From positions 1 through 24,380 of IMG/VR virus record IMGVR_UViG_3300022671_000055: a DNA stretch of 24,380 bases; one strand, given 5' to 3'. Source of the stretch: a virus. Its lineage: Duplodnaviria; Caudoviricetes. Below are positions 1-7,192 of the stretch, piece by piece (position 1 is the stretch's first letter; every line of letters starts with the position of its first letter). Both the position numbers and the translations under genes were made by a program. The notes under the pieces are model-generated. The model was not told where the DNA came from. It saw only the letters and a list, made by a program, of their open reading frames with translations, and did not search any database.

Positions 1-2
1 AA

Positions 3-170
3 TTAAAAATAAAACCAGATTTCTTTTTAGAAATCTTGAATTTGAATAATAACATTATAAAATCATTAAGTTTATATAGAAACAAAAAAGCAAAACCAGT
101 AGAAAAAAGACCAAATTCAGTAAAAGCAAATACAAATAATGATATGGGAGAAAGAGGGATAGGATTTTAA
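3..170 (+). CDS. 3' end of an unidentified low-GC ORF (partial, probably not phage-derived)
   Basis: Open frame from the window edge (LKIKPDFF...MGERGIGF*) in very AT-rich sequence. GAGGGAT/ATCCCTC inverted repeat (154-176) overlaps its stop. Confidence 0.35.
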   Translation, partial: LKIKPDFFLEILNLNNNIIKSLSLYRNKKAKPVEKRPNSVKANTNNDMGERGIGF

Positions 171-186
171 TCCCTCATTTAAGTAT

Positions 187-378
187 ATGGAATATAAAAA
201 TTATGAAGTAAAAATAGTAAGAAAAAATATTAAAAACACATATATCAGAGTTAAAACTGACAAAAAAATATCTATTACAACATCTAAATTTACTACACAA
301 AAAGAAATTAACAAAATAGAAGACACCTTTAAAAAAGATACCGAATCCCTCTTCTCAGAAGACGATATTCCGTTCTAA
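187..378 (+). pseudogene. Chimeric ORF: N-terminus of a YgjP/DUF45 (M48-like) metallopeptidase fused to an SSB-type acidic C-terminal tail
   Basis: Residues 1-44 (YEVKIVRKNIKNTYIRVKTDKKISITTSKFTTQKEI) resemble the YgjP N-terminus, but no HExxH follows. The last residues SEDDIPF match the SSB C-terminal tip. Base composition shifts at about 320. Confidence 0.55.
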
Positions 379-392
379 ACACACAAATTTAT

Positions 393-421
393 TTGCAAAT
401 AAAATAAGCGCGTAAAACAAT
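393..421 (+). promoter_or_regulatory. Putative sigma70-type promoter, leaderless, for ORF 428
   Basis: TTGCAA (393-398), 17 nt, AACAAT (416-421), 6 nt, ATG (428). No SD. The perfect palindrome TTTATTTGCAAATAAA (388-403) covers the -35. Confidence 0.5.
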
Positions 422-427
422 AAATAC

Positions 428-625
428 ATGAAACGCGATTACGAACTAGAACTCATACTCGAAAACTTCTGTAGACCAGAAATCCTCTACGACTTTCTAG
501 AAGAACACGGACTCGTCCTTGACGAAATTAACGCCGAAAGACTCATAGGCTTCGTCCTAGAAGAACGAATGTTCTTTAAAAAACGACTCGAAGAAAAAAT
601 ACACGAGCTTCAAACACAAGCATGA
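428..625 (+). CDS. Hypothetical phage protein (65 aa)
   Basis: ATG ORF with phage-like codon usage and a plausible promoter directly upstream. No recognisable motif. Confidence 0.7.
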   Translation: MKRDYELELILENFCRPEILYDFLEEHGLVLDEINAERLIGFVLEERMFFKKRLEEKIHELQTQA

Positions 626-635
626 CTCCCCGCGC

Positions 636-664
636 TTGACACCGATAAACCCACGTTAAATAAT
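636..664 (+). promoter_or_regulatory. Putative sigma70-type promoter, leaderless, for ORF 671
   Basis: Consensus TTGACA (636-641), 17 nt, AATAAT (659-664), 6 nt, ATG (671). Confidence 0.6.
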
Positions 665-670
665 TAAATA

Positions 671-751
671 ATGATGTGGGACGAATTCACTTTGTTAATT
701 GCTTGTATTTCCTGCCTCGTTGCCGGAATCTATTTAGTAACCGCAAAGTGA
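671..751 (+). CDS. Small single-pass membrane peptide (26 aa, MMWDEFTLLIACISCLVAGIYLVTAK); not in ORF track
   Basis: ATG at the predicted +1 of a TTGACA promoter, one hydrophobic helix, and a TGA overlapping the GTG of the next gene (GTGA, 748-751). Confidence 0.6.
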   Translation: MMWDEFTLLIACISCLVAGIYLVTAK

Positions 752-1119
752 ACTTTAACAAACATAAGTACAAAGCAACACGCGTTAACTTCGACGGCTA
801 CTCTTTTGCTTCTAAAGGAGAGGCCGCCTGTTACCAACTCCTAAAAGATAAAGAAAAAAGAGGCGAACTTAAACTCCTAAGAACACAAGTACAAATCTAT
901 CTCACTAAAGCTAAAATCCTCTACAAACCAGACTTCGAATGCCAAGACCCAGATACTAACGAAATCTTTTACGTAGAATACAAAGGCGTCGAAACCCCCA
1001 CATGGAGAATTAAAAGAAAACTATGGATCCACTACGGACCAGGAAGACTCATCATCTACAAAGGGTCATATAAGGGCCGCATCGATATCTTCGAGGAACT
1101 CATTCCTGAAAATGATTAA
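748..1119 (+). CDS. DUF1064-like PD-(D/E)XK endonuclease
   Basis: KYKATRVNFDGYSFASKGEA...YKPDF...YVEYKG motif series typical of phage DUF1064 proteins. Start moved to GTG 748 (track gives 676). Confidence 0.8.
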   Translation: MNFNKHKYKATRVNFDGYSFASKGEAACYQLLKDKEKRGELKLLRTQVQIYLTKAKILYKPDFECQDPDTNEIFYVEYKGVETPTWRIKRKLWIHYGPGRLIIYKGSYKGRIDIFEELIPEND

Positions 1120-1290
1120 TTCAAAACTTTATACTAAAATAATCACAACCACGGTTCCGAAACATCTGATGCCATTCCAGCTTGATAGGATTAAAAAGAG
1201 GGTAACACCCCTTGCCGTGGCCAATTTGTTAGTTTATCTAAACAATATGAAAACAAGCGCAATGATGCGCACTTTCGAAAGCAGGTAATT

Positions 1291-1710
1291 ATGTCAATAA
1301 TGGGGAGACCAAAAAAAGAATTCGATTGGGAACTATTTGATAAACTCTGTAGCTACCCGCCAGTCATCACTCAAGAAGATATAGCAGACGCACTCAAAGT
1401 CTCTGTCGATACCTGCTCCAGACAAATTAGAAAAAAATATGATTGCACATTTGCGCAATATCGCGTCAAAAGAATGGGCAGCATGCGCAGAGCTCTTTTT
1501 TCCTGGCAGTTAAAATCTGCTGAAAAAGGCAACGTCACTATGCAAATATGGCTCGGCAAACAATACCTCAATCAAAAAGAACCTAAGGTAGAACAAGAAG
1601 TTGTCATCAACGATGAAAACGATAAGCTAAAAGTCTACGCAGAAAAGCTTAAGGAAATGGCAACAGATGACGCTGGATCTAAACAGTCTAAGTCCGATTC
1701 AAAAAATTGA
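1291..1710 (+). CDS. terS: Terminase small subunit
   Basis: MGRPKK N-terminus, HTH (TQEDIADALKVSVDT), GNVTMQIWLGKQYLNQ motif. Directly upstream of and overlapping the TerL ATPase gene. Confidence 0.8.
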   Translation: MSIMGRPKKEFDWELFDKLCSYPPVITQEDIADALKVSVDTCSRQIRKKYDCTFAQYRVKRMGSMRRALFSWQLKSAEKGNVTMQIWLGKQYLNQKEPKVEQEVVINDENDKLKVYAEKLKEMATDDAGSKQSKSDSKN

Positions 1711-2353
1711 AGCTTATAAACACGCACTAAGAGATTCGTACAAAGAATCACTTTTTAAAACCGCCAAATACCTCCTAGGCTACAAAGACATAAGAGCAGG
1801 CACACACAAACACATCTGTGAATCACTACAATCAAATACCACTAGAAAACTAATCGTGTGCCCAAGAGGAGCTTTTAAATCCTCCATCGCAGCAGTCGCT
1901 TACCCCATTTGGCTTCTCATTAATAACCCAAACCTTAGAATCCTTCTTGATTCAGAAATCTTCACCAATAGCCGTAACTTCATTAGAGAAATAAAAGGAC
2001 ACCTAGAGTCACCAGACTTCATTGACCTTTTTGGTAACTGGAAAACAAAACACGACTGGACACAAAGCACCCTTTCTGTCGCAGCCCGTAGCATTATTAA
2101 AAAAGAATCATCTATTACCGCAGGTGGTGTCGGCACCGTCAAAACAGGTCAACATTTTGACGTCATCATTGGCGATGACTTAAATAGTCACAAAAATTCA
2201 GCAACGCAAGATGGCAGACAAAAAGTTATTGAACACTATAGGTATTACACCTCATTATTAGATCCGGGTGGCACCATCGTAATTATAGGGACACGCTACG
2301 CCGAAGACGACGTCATCGGTTACATTTTAGAAAATGAGGTAAAACATGAGTGA
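1667..2353 (+). CDS. terL: Terminase large subunit, N-terminal ATPase half (split gene part 1)
   Basis: Walker A region PRGAFKS, AGGVGTVKTGQHFDVIIGDD (Walker B), coupling motif IIGTRYAEDD. Ends with TGA right after motif III, with no nuclease domain. Confidence 0.9.
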   Translation: MTLDLNSLSPIQKIEAYKHALRDSYKESLFKTAKYLLGYKDIRAGTHKHICESLQSNTTRKLIVCPRGAFKSSIAAVAYPIWLLINNPNLRILLDSEIFTNSRNFIREIKGHLESPDFIDLFGNWKTKHDWTQSTLSVAARSIIKKESSITAGGVGTVKTGQHFDVIIGDDLNSHKNSATQDGRQKVIEHYRYYTSLLDPGGTIVIIGTRYAEDDVIGYILENEVKHE

Positions 2354-3152
2354 ACAAAAACACGTGGTAGGCGAGCTTAAAAACTTTAACACGGCAAAAG
2401 AACATTTAAAAAAATGGGTAAGCTTTCTAGTAGAAGCAGATGAGGCAAATGCAGCCCTGGACGCTTTAAAAGCACTACCTGGGTTTTATCGTGAACACCT
2501 CCCCGTTGATCTATTACAGCTTAGAAGAACGATTCTTAAGCAGTTTATGACGCAAAAAGATTATATAGAAAACGACATTGAAACTGAACTTATGGGCGAA
2601 GAGCGGGCAAAAGAAATTGTTAAAATTACTCACCGGGCACAAGCAGTTTTAAAAAAGATCAAAGAATATAACGACCGCGGCCTTAAACCTCACCTTGTAG
2701 ATCTAGGTCCTGGAGAATACTGGCTACCGATGGGTTTAAAGGCCGAAGGGTGCAACTTTACCTATCAAGGCATCGGACTTCAAAACAAAGCAGAATCCCA
2801 AGCAAAAGCAATTTTAAAAGATATTTTGTTTAATTTAAAACACCCTATTCAAAGACCCGTTATCTTTTGTGCGATGGAAATTATAGAGCACCTCTGGAAT
2901 CCATACGAAGTAGAAATGCACTTGGCAAAGCTTCCCCAATTACCTGATTACATGTTCATTTCTACGCCTCTTTATACCTTTGGAACCGGTAACGATACTT
3001 GGACCAAACCTGAAGACTTTGGTAAACTAGGACATATTAAAACATACACTCCAACTGATTTGGTGCAGTATTGTTTAAAAAGCTTTCCTGATTACGCTTG
3101 GGAAATTAAATTACATGTTTGCATGCTGGCTGAAGGGAGTCTAAAGCAATGA
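2346..3152 (+). CDS. Class I SAM-dependent methyltransferase-like protein
   Basis: Motif I LVDLGPGE, then IFCAMEIIEHLWNP, FISTP and GHIKTYT, the pattern of small-molecule/sugar methyltransferases. No DNA-MTase DPPY/NPPY/PCQ motif. 8-nt overlap with the terL-N stop. Confidence 0.75.
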   Translation: MSEQKHVVGELKNFNTAKEHLKKWVSFLVEADEANAALDALKALPGFYREHLPVDLLQLRRTILKQFMTQKDYIENDIETELMGEERAKEIVKITHRAQAVLKKIKEYNDRGLKPHLVDLGPGEYWLPMGLKAEGCNFTYQGIGLQNKAESQAKAILKDILFNLKHPIQRPVIFCAMEIIEHLWNPYEVEMHLAKLPQLPDYMFISTPLYTFGTGNDTWTKPEDFGKLGHIKTYTPTDLVQYCLKSFPDYAWEIKLHVCMLAEGSLKQ

Positions 3153-3445
3153 GTTCAAATTCTAACCGTCAAGGTATTGGCTTACAAAACACGAGAGTGG
3201 TTGTTGGAACTTCTCAAATAATTGGAGCAACCGCAGTATCCGGTCAAATTTCCGTACAAATTAGAAAAGCATCGGGCGGAAGTTTGTTAGTTGGCGGACC
3301 CGAAATGGACTATACCGACGGTTTAAGAGTTCCAAATTTAGATGCTCAGGTTTTAGAAATTAAAACTGCTGGCAATGTTTACTTTAGAGCACAAGGTAGT
3401 ACTGCCACAATAGACGTACTACACTTAACAACTATTGCTGAGTAA
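3149..3445 (+). CDS. Small beta-rich protein (paralogue A), probably virion-associated
   Basis: 98 aa, ATGA overlap with the upstream gene. Aligns by eye with the next ORF. Confidence 0.7.
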   Translation: MSSNSNRQGIGLQNTRVVVGTSQIIGATAVSGQISVQIRKASGGSLLVGGPEMDYTDGLRVPNLDAQVLEIKTAGNVYFRAQGSTATIDVLHLTTIAE

Positions 3446-3447
3446 TT

Positions 3448-3741
3448 ATGTCAGACCGTAGAGATGTTCACGGGTTAGAGGGTTTTCGTTTTCATGTCGG
3501 ACTTTCTGCTCCCGTAGGCATTACTGTGCAAGCAGGTCAAATTGTTACAGCCTTTAAATACTTCAGTGGTGGCACACTTGAGATTGTATCTGGACAAACA
3601 ACCTCTCCCTGGGGGTTAGGTTACGTGTTTTCTGTGGGCGAAGCATTAGAGATTGATTCTTCAACTACAACGTATTTTGCTGCAACCGGTGCGACTGTCA
3701 CAGTTATGGCACTTAGAGGAAAGTCTGCGGGGTCACCTTAA
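3448..3741 (+). CDS. Small beta-rich protein (paralogue B), probably virion-associated
   Basis: 97 aa. Shares GL..R..VG.S...G.T...GQI...SGG.L...LEI...YF.A.G.T.T with 3149-3445. Confidence 0.7.
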   Translation: MSDRRDVHGLEGFRFHVGLSAPVGITVQAGQIVTAFKYFSGGTLEIVSGQTTSPWGLGYVFSVGEALEIDSSTTTYFAATGATVTVMALRGKSAGSP

Positions 3742-5465
3742 TGCCTAGAATAAGAGTCACGACTCCTCAAACCGCCGATGTAAATTCGTTTTCTATTATT
3801 CAACCAGATTTTGGTACAAGTCCTACAGCGGATTCTCCAAACGACACACTCAATCTTACAAGCACAGATAATTCAATCACTATTACCGGTGATTCAACTA
3901 CTGATACAATCAACTTCTCTACAAGCGCTACAGGTGGATCTATGGCAATAAATGACGCGGTATATGCTAACCAGGACCCTTTTGATAAAACAATTTCAAT
4001 TGGCGGGCTTTATGATGAAACGGCAACAATCATTACTGCAGAAGATGGGATCAGTCCTTTTCGGATTACTGAAAGCTTAGCGCTTCACATAAACATAAGA
4101 GACGAATCAGGTGTTGAGTTAGGTTCAACTTTAAACCCATTGTACGTGCAAGGTAATTTCGGTGGTTCAACTGTAAGTATTGCCGGCGGATCAGTAAATG
4201 CTCTTATAGGCGGCACGGCTTCCATTGCTGGCGGGAGTTTAAATATTACCGGTGACGTGACCATTGGATCGACCGTCTTTGCCGACATAGGATCTTCAAT
4301 TAATGCGCTTGTTGGTGGGACCGTAACAATTGGACAAACACTAAGCAGTGTTATCGGAGGTAGCGTTTTTGTTTCTGGAGGAAGCTTAAACATCACGGGC
4401 GATGTTACGGTAGGATCTACAATCTTTGCCGACATTGGTTCTTCTATAAACGCATTAGTCGGTGGAACCGTTACCATTGGTCAAACCTTAAATAGTCAAA
4501 TAGGCGGATCTGTTTTTATCTCTGGAGGATCTTTAAATATAACAGGCGATGTCACCGTAGGATCTACAATATTTGCTGACATTGGATCATCTATCAATGC
4601 CCTTGTAGGAGGCACTGTTAGCGTCTCTGGGGGCTCTTTAAACATTACTGGAAGTGTTGATATAGGTTCGACCGTTTTTGCTGATATTGGATCGAGCATC
4701 AATGCGTCAGTTGGCGGTACTGTAACGTTAGGTTCTACAGTGTTTTCAGATATTGGATCTTCCATTAACGCTTTAGTGGGCGGAACTGTAGCGATAGGCG
4801 ACACAATCTTTGCGGACATTGGATCTAGTATTAACGCTTTAATTGGTGGAACGGTTTCAATAGGCGACACTATTTTTGCTGAGATAGGATCAAGTATTAA
4901 TGCGCTCATAGGTGGAACAGTTTCAATTGGATCTTCTGTTCAAGGTAGATTTACTGAATATGGTACAGGCGGAAGGCCAAATCTTTACAATAACGTATTA
5001 AACCTTTTTGATATCCCTACTATGGCGTTAGGTGACCCCGCTTTGGGTGCGCTTGCAAACGTCCAGGCTGGAAGCTTAAACACACGAGATATTACAAGAA
5101 CAAGCGGAGACATTTCTCTAGGTGGACTTGTAACAACGTTTAATAACTCTACAACGACAGCGCTTGTCCCATTTAGTGTTACTGGATACAGGAATGGATC
5201 TTTTCAAACCATAATGGGATCTAGTGGAACTCCTACAGATGTTCAGTTTTTCTTACTGCAAAGGGCGGGTGCTACTTATACACAAGTGACCAGTGGAAAA
5301 TGGGCTAGGCTTAAAATGGTTGATACAAACACCAATCCACCTAAATCTGAAAGTTTAGAGTTTAATTGTGTAGGTCAAACAATGGCGATCAGAATTGACG
5401 CAACAGGCACAGACGCTACAAACACGTTTAACTCTCTTTTAGCCCAAGTGCATTTAAGAACTTAG
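3741..5465 (+). CDS. Gly/Ser/Thr-rich beta-repeat protein, putative fibre/spike
   Basis: 574 aa. N-terminal TADSPNDTLNLTSTDNSITITGDSTTDTINF resembles phage fibre anchor segments. Central repeats and a globular C-terminal domain. Confidence 0.65.
   Translation: MPRIRVTTPQTADVNSFSIIQPDFGTSPTADSPNDTLNLTSTDNSITITGDSTTDTINFSTSATGGSMAINDAVYANQDPFDKTISIGGLYDETATIITAEDGISPFRITESLALHINIRDESGVELGSTLNPLYVQGNFGGSTVSIAGGSVNALIGGTASIAGGSLNITGDVTIGSTVFADIGSSINALVGGTVTIGQTLSSVIGGSVFVSGGSLNITGDVTVGSTIFADIGSSINALVGGTVTIGQTLNSQIGGSVFISGGSLNITGDVTVGSTIFADIGSSINALVGGTVSVSGGSLNITGSVDIGSTVFADIGSSINASVGGTVTLGSTVFSDIGSSINALVGGTVAIGDTIFADIGSSINALIGGTVSIGDTIFAEIGSSINALIGGTVSIGSSVQGRFTEYGTGGRPNLYNNVLNLFDIPTMALGDPALGALANVQAGSLNTRDITRTSGDISLGGLVTTFNNSTTTALVPFSVTGYRNGSFQTIMGSSGTPTDVQFFLLQRAGATYTQVTSGKWARLKMVDTNTNPPKSESLEFNCVGQTMAIRIDATGTDATNTFNSLLAQVHLRT
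4161..4928 (+). repeat. Intragenic tandem repeats: 7 x 22-aa unit G[SD]T[VI]F[AS][DE]IGSSINA[LS][VI]GGTV.[IVL], partly nested in a 49-aa (147-nt) higher-order unit
   Basis: Counted from the translation. GGSLNITG units start near 4230, 4377, 4524 and 4629. Confidence 0.9.
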
Positions 5466-5468
5466 TTT

Positions 5469-6230
5469 ATGGCAAATAGGTTTGCAATTTACGACATATC
5501 TACAAAACCTTTTACGCAATACGCGGTATTAAGCATAAATCAAGGCTCTGGTTCTTCAGGAGGGATTTATTTTGACGGCAGGCATTTTTGGTATGGTGAA
5601 GATAAAATGCTTTATTGCTTACAGCTTGAAGGAAATACGTTTACAGCCTTAGATTCTGTAGATTTATCAAGCATTTATAGTGGTACTACTGGAGTTCGTG
5701 GTATTATGGGATATGGTAGAGATTTACTTCTTGCTGTAAGAGTAAGTGCTGCAATTGCTTCCAGATATATTATTGTAAGTCCTACTGATTTGACTCTTTT
5801 AGAAGACTTAACTGTTTCTGGATTTCCTGCCGGTACATCACAAACAAGTGATATTACAATGTTTGATAATATTATTGTTCATTGTACTGAGGGTACCCCA
5901 TTTCAAAATGCGCAGTACAGGTATACAGATATTTCAGATTTGCAACAGTTGTTTCAGACAACACAACCTTTTATTCGAAGGCTTCAAGCGATATGCTATG
6001 CTGGAAGGGATTTAGTTAGAATTGGTGTTGGGAATAACAATGCCCAACAAATAATAGATTTAGATTTTGTTATACAAGACGTTTTAGGGGGGACTACTTT
6101 AACAAATACGCAAAATTGTTGTTACATTGGAGAAGGTCATTTGCATGAGTATTTTGGTAAAGTTGTTTCTGGAAATGGTGAGCAAGTAAACGATAGTTAT
6201 GGCAAATTTATAGGGGTAATAAGGCAATAA
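5469..6230 (+). CDS. Putative beta-propeller protein (possible receptor-binding tip)
   Basis: Roughly 45-aa recurrences GIYFDGRHFW / GIMGYGRDLL / DITMFDNIIV / AICYAGRDLV suggest propeller blades. Confidence 0.5.
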   Translation: MANRFAIYDISTKPFTQYAVLSINQGSGSSGGIYFDGRHFWYGEDKMLYCLQLEGNTFTALDSVDLSSIYSGTTGVRGIMGYGRDLLLAVRVSAAIASRYIIVSPTDLTLLEDLTVSGFPAGTSQTSDITMFDNIIVHCTEGTPFQNAQYRYTDISDLQQLFQTTQPFIRRLQAICYAGRDLVRIGVGNNNAQQIIDLDFVIQDVLGGTTLTNTQNCCYIGEGHLHEYFGKVVSGNGEQVNDSYGKFIGVIRQ

Positions 6231-6231
6231 G

Positions 6232-6579
6232 ATGATTAAAGAAAAACGAACTGTAAAAATTAAAGTGAGTGCCTCGGATTTAACAACGACCCTGCTATCG
6301 CAAGCAGATCCGATGGTGAATGCTTCGGAGATAGACGAATTTGAACTCGATTCTTCTGATACCTCTTTTGTTTCTATTAAAACAGTAGAGTCCGATTTAA
6401 CTGAATATAAAGAACAGAGGCATTTTAGTTTTTCCAAGCAAGAGTTAGTTGATGAGCTTTTAATAGATAAATATCCACAAGTAGAAACATCTGAAATCGA
6501 TACAATTTTAAAAGAGTCTGCTGGAAACTTTTTAGTAATTTTAAAACAAAAGCTTTTTGCTGAATATCAAGGAGTATAG
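6232..6579 (+). CDS. Hypothetical protein (115 aa, acidic)
   Basis: Tightly packed ATG ORF in the operon. No motif recognised. Confidence 0.7.
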   Translation: MIKEKRTVKIKVSASDLTTTLLSQADPMVNASEIDEFELDSSDTSFVSIKTVESDLTEYKEQRHFSFSKQELVDELLIDKYPQVETSEIDTILKESAGNFLVILKQKLFAEYQGV

Positions 6580-6582
6580 GCC

Positions 6583-6777
6583 ATGGCGTTTACACAAGAA
6601 ATTAATCAAAAAATTAATCAGCTGCAAAAGAAAAAGAAGCAAAGAAAAGCATTAAAAGCTCAGTTTGATGTTTTAAAATCTAAGTCAGACGAAATTAAAG
6701 ATCAGTTTAATATAATAAAAGCTGAAGAAGACGCTTTAGAAGTAGAGATTGAAACTTTAATTAAAGCGCTTCCATAA
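6583..6777 (+). CDS. Small coiled-coil protein (64 aa)
   Basis: AGGAG SD upstream. Heptad-like K/E/Q-rich helix. Confidence 0.7.
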   Translation: MAFTQEINQKINQLQKKKKQRKALKAQFDVLKSKSDEIKDQFNIIKAEEDALEVEIETLIKALP

Positions 6778-6790
6778 ATAAAAAGGTCAA

Positions 6791-7192
6791 ATGATAACCG
6801 TTGTGGCTTTTACAAAGAACAATGCAAAAGTATTAAAGATGTCTTCTAAACAAGACCTAAAACTTTTGAGTGTGCCATTTGTATTAAATCCTTCACTTGA
6901 AGAGGTCCGAGGAATTCCGCCACATTTTTGGAAGATTAAAAATAATCAGATAGTACCAATGAATGAAGTCGAGCAATTACAGCGTGCTCGATCAATAGCA
7001 AAAGAAGGAATTGATAATAACGTTTACTTGAGCAAGAAAAAGATTAACCACTGTCATAGATTTTTAAAGATTTTAAATTTTGTTTTAAACTCAATGATTG
7101 TTTTAGCTGCCATTGTAGTTGTCTTTGCGGCTGTAAAGTATTTAGCTCCAGAGATTCAAGAGTTTTTATCTGTATGGACAAATGGTCGGTAG
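6791..7192 (+). CDS. Hypothetical protein with C-terminal transmembrane helix
   Basis: Hydrophobic stretch ILNFVLNSMIVLAAIVVVFAAV. The PPHFWKIKNNQIVPM segment is reminiscent of tail-fibre assembly proteins. Overlaps the terL-C start by 19 nt. Confidence 0.65.
   Translation: MITVVAFTKNNAKVLKMSSKQDLKLLSVPFVLNPSLEEVRGIPPHFWKIKNNQIVPMNEVEQLQRARSIAKEGIDNNVYLSKKKINHCHRFLKILNFVLNSMIVLAAIVVVFAAVKYLAPEIQEFLSVWTNGR

Noticed and set aside
1158-1175. Hammerhead ribozyme (GAAAC...CTGATG)
   Set aside because: Core is CTGATGC rather than CTGATGA, and the spacing leaves no room for the required stems.
2346-3152. DNA methyltransferase / restriction-modification with the DUF1064 nuclease
   Set aside because: Lacks DNA-MTase catalytic motifs. 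The EIIEHL and STP motifs fit small-molecule/glycan methyltransferases.
4085-4909. Minus-strand ORFs 4085-4477 and 4496-4909
   Set aside because: Antisense shadows of the repeat region of the + strand gene.
4161-4928. CRISPR array or DGR template/variable repeat
   Set aside because: Repeats are in-frame protein repeats varying at synonymous sites, with no spacers, no adenine-specific variation and no cas or RT gene.
2348-7176. Group I intron rejoining terL (CAT|GAC would be in frame and obeys the U|...G rule)
   Set aside because: The interval is fully occupied by overlapping ORFs, with no recognisable P7/catalytic core or homing endonuclease. The U/G match is easily chance. RT-PCR would settle it.
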